A stretch of DNA of 45,853 bases from a virus (lineage: Duplodnaviria; Caudoviricetes). The DNA is taken from positions 1 to 45,853 of IMG/VR virus record IMGVR_UViG_3300005512_000068. One strand, 5' to 3'. Every line of letters starts with the position of its first letter. Position 1 is the first letter of the stretch. Positions 33,543 through 42,449 of this stretch are shown here, piece after piece. The notes beneath the pieces were generated by a model. It had not been told where the DNA came from. It saw only the letters and a program-made list of their open reading frames with translations, and made no database searches. The translations under genes and the position numbers were made by a program.

Positions 33543-35879
33543 TTGGCAACACCTGACCAGATCAAGGAACAGGTCCAACTGGAACGCGATGCCATTGCTC
33601 AAGGCATCAAGAAACTGAAAGACAACACCAAGGCGCTCGAAGAAAAGAGTTATGCCTCGGCTTCTGTGTATGGCAGCGCCAGCATTGATGTTCTCATTCC
33701 CAAGCTGGTCGAAAGAATTAAGGACACCAACCTAAGAATCAAGAAAGGGCAGACAGGTGCAGCGTTCAAGGAGATTCGTCAATACTTATCTGACGTGGAA
33801 CCTGAAGCAGCAGCCTGTATTGCTTCGAAGGTGACCTTTGACAAGGTGTTCTCTGTAAAAGATGACAGCAACACCATCCAAAATGTCACTGCTGCTATTG
33901 GCCATGCGATTGAAGATGAGTGCCAGATGCGGCACTACGAAAGAACAGCGCCTGGCTTGTTGAACACAATTATCAAGAACTACAGCCATAACTCACAAGG
34001 CACTGCTCAAAAGCTCACAGTGATTAAAACACTGATGAATCGCTATGAAGTTGAGGAGTGGAAATCTTGGGGCCAACCAAATCGAATACGACTAGGTGGT
34101 TGGTTATTAGATTGCATTATTGAGGTTACACATTGGTTTACGGTAGAGCTAGCACGTGAAGGAAGGAAGACTAAGAACTACATAGTCGCCACGCCTGAGT
34201 TCATGGCTGTGAAAGATCAGCTGATGTACAACGCTGAGTTGTTTGCACCGCTTGCTTGGCCAATGCTGATTGAGCCAAATGACTGGACCAATGAGCGTGC
34301 TGGTGGCTACATCCTAAACGAGGTAATGCGAGGCCACGACTTGGTTCGGCGTGGTGTGGGCCTTATACAGGGAGAAACACCGCTGGCCTTTCTGAACGAA
34401 CTTCAGAAGGTGGCGTACCGTCTGAATCCCACCGTGGTTTCGGTAGCTGAGGAGCTTCAAGAACGAGGTATCTCAGTCGGCAAGTTTCTCCCAATCATCG
34501 ACTATCCTCTGCCGCCCAAACCTGTTGACATTGCAGAGAACTTTGAGTCTCGCAAGGCATACAGGAGAGCAGCGGCTGAGGTGATGAATAGGAATGCTCA
34601 ATCTTTCAAGAAATCCTGTAGAACCAGGATGACAATGGAAGCAGTAGAGAGATTTAAGAATCGGGAACGGTTCTTTATTCCATGGTCGTTTGACTACCGT
34701 GGTCGGATCTACCCAATCCCTGCATTCCTAACACCGCAAGATACTGACTTTGGTAAGAGTTTGCTTCAGTTCGCTGATGCTGCTTACCTAACAGATGAAT
34801 GTGAGAAATGGCTAGCTTTTCAGGTCGCAACCACCTATGGACGCGACAAGGATAGCTGGGATGAACGACAGCAGTGGGTTATTGATAACAGGCAGCTGAT
34901 CGAGAATGTCGGAAAAGATCCGTTACGATTTCTTCCTGACTGGGAATCTGCTGACGAACCTTGGCAGTTCATGGCTGCATGTGATGAATATTATCACTGC
35001 ATAATTGCTAGAGATCGTGATTGGACTAGAAGCTTTATTGCTACAGACGCAAGTTGCTCAGGACTCCAAATCCTGGCAGGGCTCGCCAAGGATCGAAACA
35101 CAGCAAAGCTCGTTAATGTTCTACCAAGCGATCGTCCGCAAGATGCCTATAAGGTTGTAGCTGAAGAAGCTAAACCGAGCTGTCCAGAGTTAATCCGTCC
35201 ACATATGGATAGGAAGACCACGAAAAGGACAGTGATGACGGTTCCTTATAACGCTAAACCTTTCTCTAATCGTGGCTACATACGTGAAGCCTTGAAAGAG
35301 AAAGATGTAGAGATAGAGAAAGAGGATCTAACAGACACAGTTAAAGCGGTACGGAATGCCATGGATGTTGTCGTACCAGGACCAATGGCTGTAATGAAGT
35401 GGATCGAGAAAGAGGTAGCTCAAGCGATTAAGTCTGGTAAAGAGTTCCTAGAGTGGGTCACACCATCTGGGTTTGTCGTACACCAGAAGTTTAATAAGAA
35501 GGAGATTGAACGTATCTCTCTCCATCTTCTTGGGCGTAGGGATCTAAGCGTAGCAACCGAAGATAGTGATGAAGTTGATATCAAACACCATAAGAACGCT
35601 ACAGCTCCCAATCTTATCCATTCACTAGATGCCTCAATCCTCGCACTGGCTGCAACAAGCTTTCAATATCCGCTGGCCGTCATACACGATTCGGTTATAT
35701 GCCGTGCTACTGACATGGATAACCTATCGAAAGTTGTTCGAGAAGCGTACGTTGATATCTTCGCTAAACGCGAATACTTAAAAGAGTGGGCAGCACAGAT
35801 TGGTGCTGTCTCAGAACCACCGATCATCGGAGATCTGAACCCAGAATCCGTGATTGAATCCACCTATTTCTTTTGTTAA
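33543..35879 (+). CDS. Single-subunit DNA-directed RNA polymerase (T7 gp1-like)
   Basis: DYRGRIY, DASCSGLQ (motif A), RKTTKRTVMTVPY (motif B), PNLIHSLDA, IHDS (motif C); TTG start. Confidence 0.98.
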   Translation: MATPDQIKEQVQLERDAIAQGIKKLKDNTKALEEKSYASASVYGSASIDVLIPKLVERIKDTNLRIKKGQTGAAFKEIRQYLSDVEPEAAACIASKVTFDKVFSVKDDSNTIQNVTAAIGHAIEDECQMRHYERTAPGLLNTIIKNYSHNSQGTAQKLTVIKTLMNRYEVEEWKSWGQPNRIRLGGWLLDCIIEVTHWFTVELAREGRKTKNYIVATPEFMAVKDQLMYNAELFAPLAWPMLIEPNDWTNERAGGYILNEVMRGHDLVRRGVGLIQGETPLAFLNELQKVAYRLNPTVVSVAEELQERGISVGKFLPIIDYPLPPKPVDIAENFESRKAYRRAAAEVMNRNAQSFKKSCRTRMTMEAVERFKNRERFFIPWSFDYRGRIYPIPAFLTPQDTDFGKSLLQFADAAYLTDECEKWLAFQVATTYGRDKDSWDERQQWVIDNRQLIENVGKDPLRFLPDWESADEPWQFMAACDEYYHCIIARDRDWTRSFIATDASCSGLQILAGLAKDRNTAKLVNVLPSDRPQDAYKVVAEEAKPSCPELIRPHMDRKTTKRTVMTVPYNAKPFSNRGYIREALKEKDVEIEKEDLTDTVKAVRNAMDVVVPGPMAVMKWIEKEVAQAIKSGKEFLEWVTPSGFVVHQKFNKKEIERISLHLLGRRDLSVATEDSDEVDIKHHKNATAPNLIHSLDASILALAATSFQYPLAVIHDSVICRATDMDNLSKVVREAYVDIFAKREYLKEWAAQIGAVSEPPIIGDLNPESVIESTYFFC
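34352..34371 (+). promoter_or_regulatory. Candidate phage RNA polymerase promoter, copy 2, inside the RNAP gene
   Basis: Exact 20-bp match to 27836-27855; continues as GGGAGA, the T7 initiation sequence. Confidence 0.65.
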
Positions 35880-35884
35880 TTACA

Positions 35885-36121
35885 ATGCGAACCAATCCAA
35901 ACCGTTTCCCTAAAACTGCAACACTTAAATTCATGCTTGAGTATGACGCTCAAGAAGATTGTCTGAAGTGGAAGCACCGTTGGCAGCCTGGTGAATACGG
36001 CTACGAATACAGCACACCTAAGCCTAAAAAATACGGTAAGCGAGCAGATAAAGGAGGCTCGGTAGACTTTGGCTATGAATCCTATTCAGCGAAGAAAATC
36101 ATCGCTGCATTGACTAAATAA
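35885..36121 (+). CDS. Hypothetical protein
   Basis: Fills the RNAP-SSB gap; ATG at 35885. Confidence 0.65.
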   Translation: MRTNPNRFPKTATLKFMLEYDAQEDCLKWKHRWQPGEYGYEYSTPKPKKYGKRADKGGSVDFGYESYSAKKIIAALTK

Positions 36122-36133
36122 TTAAACCACCTA

Positions 36134-36703
36134 ATGGCACGAAACATTTTTAAGACCGAACAGCCTGTACTCCTTGATGGATTCCAAGCTGTGATGAAGC
36201 CCTCTAAGTATGGCTATTCCTTGTCTGCAATTGTCGATCAAGCAATGGTCGATAACTTGGAGGCTGATCGAGTTGAGTCCCTGAAGTGGGCTGAATCGAA
36301 ACTGAAAAATCCTAAGCGTAGTCTTCTCAAGCCTGAGCCTTGGGAAGAAGTTAGTGAAGGTAAGTATAAAGTCAAGTTCTCTTGGAATGAGAGTGATCGC
36401 CCTGGTGTTGTAGACACAGTGGGTACTCCTGTCACTGATGAGAGCACTCCTCTGTACTCTGGTGCAACCGTAAAGCTGGCTCTCTATCAGAAGCCCTACA
36501 TCCTGAAGGATGGTGTTACCTACGGTACATCTCTCAAGCTTGCAGGTGTGCAAGTTATCTCCCTCAATACTGAGGCTGGTGTCGATAGCGGTGACCTGTC
36601 TATCGAAGATGTAGCAGCAATGTTTGGTTCTACCAAAGGATACAAAGCTGCTGAACCCAATGTCGATGCAGCGCCTAGCAGCTTGGAAGACGAAGACTTC
36701 TGA
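36134..36703 (+). CDS. ssb: Single-stranded DNA-binding protein (T7 gp2.5-like)
   Basis: KVKFSW, LYSGATVKL, GTSLKLAGVQVI, acidic tail ending EDEDF. Confidence 0.92.
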   Translation: MARNIFKTEQPVLLDGFQAVMKPSKYGYSLSAIVDQAMVDNLEADRVESLKWAESKLKNPKRSLLKPEPWEEVSEGKYKVKFSWNESDRPGVVDTVGTPVTDESTPLYSGATVKLALYQKPYILKDGVTYGTSLKLAGVQVISLNTEAGVDSGDLSIEDVAAMFGSTKGYKAAEPNVDAAPSSLEDEDF

Positions 36704-36758
36704 GAGTACAACGACTTCGACGAACTATACGATCACTGGATTAGAAAAACCTACGCAA

Positions 36759-36950
36759 ATGACTTCTGATTTTCAATACACCGTCGCTAAAGACGAGGTA
36801 ACTGGTGTCTTTAAGGCAACCTTGGATGTGCAACTGCCTCCTATTTGTGTCACCCGCTATAAGGCTGACAAAAATGATTTCAAGTATGAGATGCAGCGAG
36901 CAGTAACTGAGGTTGTTGAAGCCATCATTGAGAAGCAACTGGATGACTGA
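36759..36950 (+). CDS. Hypothetical protein
   Basis: ATG at 36759 (MTSDFQYTVAKDEVTG...); TGATG coupling to the endonuclease. Confidence 0.7.
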   Translation: MTSDFQYTVAKDEVTGVFKATLDVQLPPICVTRYKADKNDFKYEMQRAVTEVVEAIIEKQLDD

Positions 36951-37303
36951 TGAAGTTCAGATCCAAGCTCGAAGCGCGGATTGCTGAGCTCTTCGAAACA
37001 CTTGGAGTTATCTATGAGTATGAGTCTACAAAGGTTCCCTATGTAATCCAACATAATTACACGCCTGACTTCTGCCTTGCTAACGGCATCTACCTAGAAG
37101 CAAAAGGCTATTGGGATCCAGAGAGTAGGCGCAAGATGCTTGCAGTAAAGAAGGCTAATCCTGAGCTTGATATCAGGATGGTCTTCCAATCTCCATATAA
37201 CACAATAAGCAAAAAATCTAAGACTACTTACGCAAAATTCTGCGAACGCCACGAAATCCCATGGACAACATTCACGGAAATTCCCGTGGAGTGGCTGACA
37301 TAA
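36950..37303 (+). CDS. Endonuclease I / Holliday junction resolvase (T7 gp3-like)
   Basis: FRSKLE, YTPDF, LEAKG, LDIRMVF motifs. Confidence 0.95.
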   Translation: MKFRSKLEARIAELFETLGVIYEYESTKVPYVIQHNYTPDFCLANGIYLEAKGYWDPESRRKMLAVKKANPELDIRMVFQSPYNTISKKSKTTYAKFCERHEIPWTTFTEIPVEWLT

Positions 37304-38856
37304 GTGAGTTCATTAGGCATGAGCCGTGTGATCAGTGTGGCTCATCTGATGCCAAGAGTATCTATACAGATCATGCCTATTGCTTCTCCTGTCACACATA
37401 TTTCCCACCCGAAGGAGAACAACCAAGAGTGACTGCTCACATAGCACTCAAAGGAGAGGCACGCAAACTACCTAAGCGTGGTCTCTCAGAAAAGACTTGT
37501 CAAAAGTACAAGATCTATAGGGATGGAGACACACTCCGTCACTACTACCACTCGAAAGATGGTGCCTTGCTGGGATGCAAGGTCAAGTCAAAGGACAAAA
37601 CCTTTTGGTATGAAGGAGAATCCGATGGAAGCTTTTTCGGCCAGCATCTATGGCCTAGTACAGGAAAACGAATCGTCATCACTGAAGGTGAACTCGATGC
37701 CGCTTCCTACTCACAGGTTCAACCCACGTGGCCTGTTGTTAGTCTCCCTTCGGGTGCTGCGTCTGCCAAGAAAGCTGTTCAGAATAATCTAGAACTTCTG
37801 CAGGGCTACGAGGAAATCATCCTCTTTTTCGATAACGATGAGCCCGGTCAGAAGGCTGCCGAAGAGGCTGCCGCAGTCCTACCACCTGGAAAGGTGCGAA
37901 TCGCCCGTATGGAGGCGTATAAGGATGCCTCAGAGGCTTTACAAGCTAACGATATAGAGGCTATCAGCCGAGCTATTTGGGATGCAAAAGATTACAGACC
38001 AGATGGGATCGTTGATGCCAAGACACTACTCAGTTTAGTTACACAACCCACACCACCTGCTGATCATGAATATCCATTTTCAGGACTCAACAGAAAGCTT
38101 CACGGGATCAGGTATGGAGAGCTTACAACGATTACTGCTGGAAGCGGGATCGGGAAGTCTTCCTTTTGCCGTCAACTCGCAACTCACCTTCTCAGTCTCG
38201 GAGAATCAGTTGGTTACGTGGCGCTTGAAGAATCCAACCATCGTACGGCTCTCGGACTCATGGCCGCACACCTCGGACACCCTTACCACCTAGGAAATCA
38301 TGAACGATCTGATCTCACCGAAGCGTATAACAATACTCTTGCTAAGTGGAATCTCTTTCTTTTTGATGGCTTCGGTTCTTACGATCCCGATGTTATCTAC
38401 AACCGAATTGAATATCTTGCTTGCGGGCTAGATACAAAGATTGTATTCCTAGATCACCTCTCCATTCTGCTGAGTGGATTGGATGGTGATGAGAGAAAGA
38501 CCATTGATAAGACGATGACTCGCTTGCGTGCTCTTACTGAGCGCACAGGCATTGCTTTGTTTCTTGTCTCTCACCTAAGGCGTACACAAACAGATCAGAA
38601 CCACGAGGAGGGAGCACGTGTCACGTTGGGACAGTTACGTGGCTCAGCTGCAATTGCTCAGCTCTCAGATTCAGTCATCGCATTGGAGCGAAATCAACAG
38701 GACGGATCTGAACACGCTGATACAACTGTGCGAGTCCTTAAAAATAGATATTCAGGCGAAACAGGCATCGCGTGCCGCCTCTCATATGACCTAAGTAAAT
38801 GTCAATTTATTGAAAATGAAGCTGAAGAAGAGTTCGATCCAACAACCGATTTTTGA
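37261..38856 (+). CDS. Primase-helicase (T7 gp4-like)
   Basis: CxxC..CxxC zinc domain, ITEGELDA TOPRIM, AGSGIGKS Walker A, FLDHLS, LRGSAAIAQLSD, KNRYSGETG; start may be GTG 37291. Confidence 0.97.
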   Translation: MDNIHGNSRGVADISEFIRHEPCDQCGSSDAKSIYTDHAYCFSCHTYFPPEGEQPRVTAHIALKGEARKLPKRGLSEKTCQKYKIYRDGDTLRHYYHSKDGALLGCKVKSKDKTFWYEGESDGSFFGQHLWPSTGKRIVITEGELDAASYSQVQPTWPVVSLPSGAASAKKAVQNNLELLQGYEEIILFFDNDEPGQKAAEEAAAVLPPGKVRIARMEAYKDASEALQANDIEAISRAIWDAKDYRPDGIVDAKTLLSLVTQPTPPADHEYPFSGLNRKLHGIRYGELTTITAGSGIGKSSFCRQLATHLLSLGESVGYVALEESNHRTALGLMAAHLGHPYHLGNHERSDLTEAYNNTLAKWNLFLFDGFGSYDPDVIYNRIEYLACGLDTKIVFLDHLSILLSGLDGDERKTIDKTMTRLRALTERTGIALFLVSHLRRTQTDQNHEEGARVTLGQLRGSAAIAQLSDSVIALERNQQDGSEHADTTVRVLKNRYSGETGIACRLSYDLSKCQFIENEAEEEFDPTTDF

Positions 38857-38995
38857 TCCTAATGGTGAGCGTGCAGGTTGGGGCGAGAAGTTTCTAACTT
38901 ATGAAGAACGTCTGAACCGGCCAACACCACCATCACCACAAGCCGTGAAACGTGCACGGTTTAGAGATAAGACCTTTGTATGGGTACATAAATGA
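38810..38995 (+). CDS. Hypothetical protein
   Basis: 61-aa ORF bridging the helicase and the next ORF. Confidence 0.5.
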   Translation: MKMKLKKSSIQQPIFDPNGERAGWGEKFLTYEERLNRPTPPSPQAVKRARFRDKTFVWVHK

Positions 38996-39198
38996 ATTTA
39001 GAAGATGCACTGCAGCTATTCATGAAACGAATAGACATCATTGTCTCCATGGAAATGGGAGGCAAGCTACCTACTAAGACTGCATACAAGGAAGTCAAAG
39101 AAGAAGTCCGTAAGTTAAAGAAACACAAGAAACAGATTCACCATGAAAAAGTTGCTGCTCAGCTTGACAGTGCTTATGACGCTGCTCATCGGCTGTAG
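38992..39198 (+). CDS. Hypothetical protein
   Basis: LEDALQLFMKRIDIIVSMEMGGKL..AYKEVK helical protein. Confidence 0.7.
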   Translation: MNLEDALQLFMKRIDIIVSMEMGGKLPTKTAYKEVKEEVRKLKKHKKQIHHEKVAAQLDSAYDAAHRL

Positions 39199-39289
39199 TT
39201 CAAACATTACTGATACCAGTGAGTTTGAATCTAATCTCGACAATATTCTTGCAGAACCTTACAACCCAAGTGAAGGTTCTGAATACTAA
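39143..39289 (+). CDS. Small lipoprotein (48 aa; not in ORF track)
   Basis: MKKLLLSLTVLMTLLIG|CSSN: basic N-region, hydrophobic core, LIGC lipobox; stop overlaps the DNA polymerase ATG. Confidence 0.72.
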   Translation: MKKLLLSLTVLMTLLIGCSSNITDTSEFESNLDNILAEPYNPSEGSEY

Positions 39290-39804
39290 TGCTCATCTTC
39301 GATATCGAAACGGATGGTTTATACCGTGATGTTTCCACAATCCACTGCGTCGTCATTCATGATACGGAAGATCAATCAACGATTCGATATAACGACAAGG
39401 GAAATCATGAACCGATTTCCTCTGCTGTCACGCGCTTGGAAGGTGCGGATTGTATATCCGGCCATAATGTCATCAATTACGACATTCCAGTTATCAAGAA
39501 GTTCTATAGCTTCTTTGAGCCTACTGGTACCGTTGTCGATACTTTATTGCTTAGCCGTCTATACCATCCCAACCTTCTTGAAATAGACAAGAAGCATAAC
39601 TGGAAGCATATGCCTTTGCAGCTGTATGGCCGCCACTCCTTGGAGGCATATGGATATCGAGTAGGTGAGTACAAAGGATCATTCTCCAAGAGCACAGATT
39701 GGAAAGAATGGTCGCAAGAAATGGAAGATTACTGTGCACAAGACGTTACTGTTACCACCAAATTATGCGATCACTTCCAGCCTTACCTGAATGGGTCACG
39801 CTAG
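39289..39804 (+). CDS. DNA polymerase A, 3'-5' exonuclease domain (split gene, part 1)
   Basis: ExoI FDIETDG, ExoII GHNVINYD, HSLEAYGYR, ExoIII YCAQDV. Confidence 0.92.
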   Translation: MLIFDIETDGLYRDVSTIHCVVIHDTEDQSTIRYNDKGNHEPISSAVTRLEGADCISGHNVINYDIPVIKKFYSFFEPTGTVVDTLLLSRLYHPNLLEIDKKHNWKHMPLQLYGRHSLEAYGYRVGEYKGSFSKSTDWKEWSQEMEDYCAQDVTVTTKLCDHFQPYLNGSR

Positions 39805-41027
39805 AACATCAGGTCGCGCAGATACTTACAGAACAGGAGATTCATGGATGGTATTTCTCTGAGCGATGTGGGCGAGAACTTGAGCTATCTCTCAGACGAG
39901 AGCTTCTCGATCTTACTCAAGTACTTCAGGCAAGGTTCCCTTACGTCCCAGGAGCAGAGTTTACTCCGAGACGAAATAACCGAACTTCAGGATATGTGGA
40001 AGGAGCTACATTTCAAAGACTAAAAGAATTTAACCCTGCATCTAGAGATCATATAGCATGGATCCTGACGAACTACGACAACTTCGAGAGTCATTCGACT
40101 ACATCGACTTCTGGGAAAACGAAGATCGACGAACCGATTTTGAAGAGCCATGGAACTGGGCTTTCCCTACAGTTCTTGAGGATCTTGGAGATTACGAAGC
40201 TCCTTGGGATGATATCGGAAGGCGCCAACGCATGGCTGAAGCTATGTACGAGTGCTAAACGTATTCATCACCACTGTTCCGTAGCTACTGCGACTCATAG
40301 AGCAGCCCACCGGTCACCAAATTTAGCCCAAGTACCTAGTGACGAACGAGTACGAAAATTATTTATGGCGTCTCCGGGTCAAGTTATGGTCGGCGCTGAT
40401 CTTGCTGGCATTGAGCTTCGGATGCTTGCTCACTATCTTGCCCGTTACGACGGTGGGAGATACGGAGAAATCCTCCTCAACGGTGACATTCACCAAGTTA
40501 ATGCTGATGCCATTGGTGTAGATAGAAAGACCGTCAAAGGAATTTCCTATTGTTTCATCTATGGAGGAGGCGATGTTAAATTAGGCCTAACTTATGATAA
40601 GCAGCTTACAACCACCCACGCTAAACAAAAAGGCGCTGAAATTAGAGCAGCGTTTGTTAGTGCAATTCCTGGACTTTCTGATTTACTTGATGCGATTAAA
40701 GGTGCGAGCAATCGTGGCTATATCAAGTCGATTGACGGACGCAAGATCATCCTTGATTCGCCGCATAAAGCACTCAACTACTTATTACAATCGGGAGCAG
40801 GCGTTGTTGCGAAGCGATGGATGGTTTTAGCCCATGAAAATCCATTTTGCTGTAGCCAACTAGCGTTTATACATGACGAACTCCAATACGAATGTTCACC
40901 CGAACATGCAGAAGATCTACGATTTCATTTGGAATGGAGCGCAGTCAGAGCAGGAGAATATTACGGACTCAGAGTTCCTATTGCTGCTGAAGGAAAGATC
41001 GGTGATAACTGGGCCGATGTACATTAA
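39765..41027 (+). CDS. DNA polymerase A, polymerase domain (split gene, part 2; T7 gp5-like)
   Basis: PNLAQVP, motif A DLAGIELR, motif B RKTVKGISYCFIYG, motif C IHDE; in the -1 frame relative to part 1. Confidence 0.95.
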   Translation: MRSLPALPEWVTLEHQVAQILTEQEIHGWYFSERCGRELELSLRRELLDLTQVLQARFPYVPGAEFTPRRNNRTSGYVEGATFQRLKEFNPASRDHIAWILTNYDNFESHSTTSTSGKTKIDEPILKSHGTGLSLQFLRILEITKLLGMISEGANAWLKLCTSAKRIHHHCSVATATHRAAHRSPNLAQVPSDERVRKLFMASPGQVMVGADLAGIELRMLAHYLARYDGGRYGEILLNGDIHQVNADAIGVDRKTVKGISYCFIYGGGDVKLGLTYDKQLTTTHAKQKGAEIRAAFVSAIPGLSDLLDAIKGASNRGYIKSIDGRKIILDSPHKALNYLLQSGAGVVAKRWMVLAHENPFCCSQLAFIHDELQYECSPEHAEDLRFHLEWSAVRAGEYYGLRVPIAAEGKIGDNWADVH

Positions 41028-41755
41028 TGAAACTACTGATTGACGCGGACTATATCGTTTATAAGTCCTGCGCAGGATCTGAGTCAGAGATAAATTGGGG
41101 CGATGATGTAATCATGGTCGTCAGCAAGTTCTCTGAAGCACTCAAATTTACAACTAAAGAACTAAAGAAAATTGAAGCCCAATTCCCTTGGGCTAGCGAC
41201 ACTATCCTATTTTTCAGTGACTCTGTAAATTTTAGGAAAAAAATTTCTCCCGATTACAAGGGACATCGAAATAGAAAGAAGCCTTGTGGCTATAGACGTG
41301 TCATACAGGAACTAGAGAAAAGCTACGAGGTAATTCGTATGCCACAGCTAGAAGCTGATGATGCGCTCGGGATTTATGCAACCTTGCATGAAGGCAACGT
41401 GATTGTGTCTCCCGACAAAGACATGAGGCAAATACCTGGAAAGTTATATGACTTGGATACTGTCACGGACATCACACCTGAGGAAGGAGAACAGTGGCAC
41501 TACATCCAAACACTTTCTGGCGACCAAACAGATGGCTATTCAGGTGTACCTGGGATTGGTGTTAAGCGTGCTGCTGCATTGTTTGATACTGAAGGGTACT
41601 CCTGGTCAACTGTAGTCAAAGCTTTTGCAGAGAAGGATCTTGATGAGGAGATTGCTCTGAAGAATGCACGACTAGCAAAGATCCTTACCTGTAGAGAGTA
41701 TGACCTCGGACAACACGAACCAATCTTATGGACTCCCTCCGATGCCAGTAACTGA
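41027..41755 (+). CDS. 5'-3' exonuclease (T7 gp6-like)
   Basis: LLIDAD, YKGHR, LEADDALG, DKDMRQIPG, GDQTDGYSGVPGIG. Confidence 0.95.
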   Translation: MKLLIDADYIVYKSCAGSESEINWGDDVIMVVSKFSEALKFTTKELKKIEAQFPWASDTILFFSDSVNFRKKISPDYKGHRNRKKPCGYRRVIQELEKSYEVIRMPQLEADDALGIYATLHEGNVIVSPDKDMRQIPGKLYDLDTVTDITPEEGEQWHYIQTLSGDQTDGYSGVPGIGVKRAAALFDTEGYSWSTVVKAFAEKDLDEEIALKNARLAKILTCREYDLGQHEPILWTPSDASN

Positions 41756-41984
41756 GCCCACCATGGAGCAAAGTTTTCAGCTGCGTAGGTTGCAAGACCT
41801 TCTACCAGAGGCAAATAAAGAGGACATCATTACTGTTCTCATGGCTCTGCAGCGACAGAACTTTGCCCTAACTAATACCGTAAAGCAACTGCTAAAAGAA
41901 TGGCCAATTCACCCACCTACTACCGACGCGGATCCATCGAAGTATGGGACTTTATTCGTGATCAAGAACTACCCTACCACCTAG
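41700..41984 (+). CDS. nblA: NblA-like phycobilisome degradation adaptor
   Basis: TMEQSFQLRRLQDLL..ANKEDIITVLMALQRQ......VKQLLKEW fits the NblA L(S/T)xEQxF two-helix pattern with terminal W; start 41700 or 41742. Confidence 0.72.
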   Translation: MTSDNTNQSYGLPPMPVTEPTMEQSFQLRRLQDLLPEANKEDIITVLMALQRQNFALTNTVKQLLKEWPIHPPTTDADPSKYGTLFVIKNYPTT

Positions 41985-42178
41985 GTAATGCAGTCAAGTA
42001 TATCTGCCGAGCTGGTTTCAAAGATAACTACGTTGAAGACCTAGAGAAAGCTATTCACTATCTACAAAACGAACTGGAATATGTCACTACTGTCGAATCA
42101 AGCTATCGAGTTCCGCTCAGCGTACGGGATCCAAAACCATTTGAGTGGGAGATCACGGCAGAAGAATTTGATCGTTGA
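41900..42178 (+). CDS. DUF3310 / T7 gp1.7-like nucleotide kinase domain protein
   Basis: NSPTYY..GSIEVWDFI..GNAVKYICRAGFK..EDLEKAIHYL. Confidence 0.85.
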   Translation: MANSPTYYRRGSIEVWDFIRDQELPYHLGNAVKYICRAGFKDNYVEDLEKAIHYLQNELEYVTTVESSYRVPLSVRDPKPFEWEITAEEFDR

Positions 42179-42449
42179 GGAATTTAAAGAGTTCCTAGAG
42201 GCAGATGCCAACATGATTCTCATGCACCCTCAAGATCGTGAGGCGTGTCTGAAAGAACTTGCCGACCTTGTTTATGTGTGTGCTCAGTACGCTGAGAACA
42301 TGGACTGGGATCTTGAGCAAGCCCTCCGCCGTGTTCACCGAAGCAATATGTCAAAGCTAGGTGAAGATGGTAAGCCTATTAAAAGAGAAGATGGAAAAGT
42401 CCTGAAAGGACCTAACTATCAACCACCCGATTTGTCTGACTTAGTTTAA
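42081..42449 (+). CDS. MazG-like NTP pyrophosphohydrolase
   Basis: LIVEEFKEF, LKELADLVYV, VHRSNMSK, DGKVLKGPNY motifs. Confidence 0.85.
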   Translation: MSLLSNQAIEFRSAYGIQNHLSGRSRQKNLIVEEFKEFLEADANMILMHPQDREACLKELADLVYVCAQYAENMDWDLEQALRRVHRSNMSKLGEDGKPIKREDGKVLKGPNYQPPDLSDLV

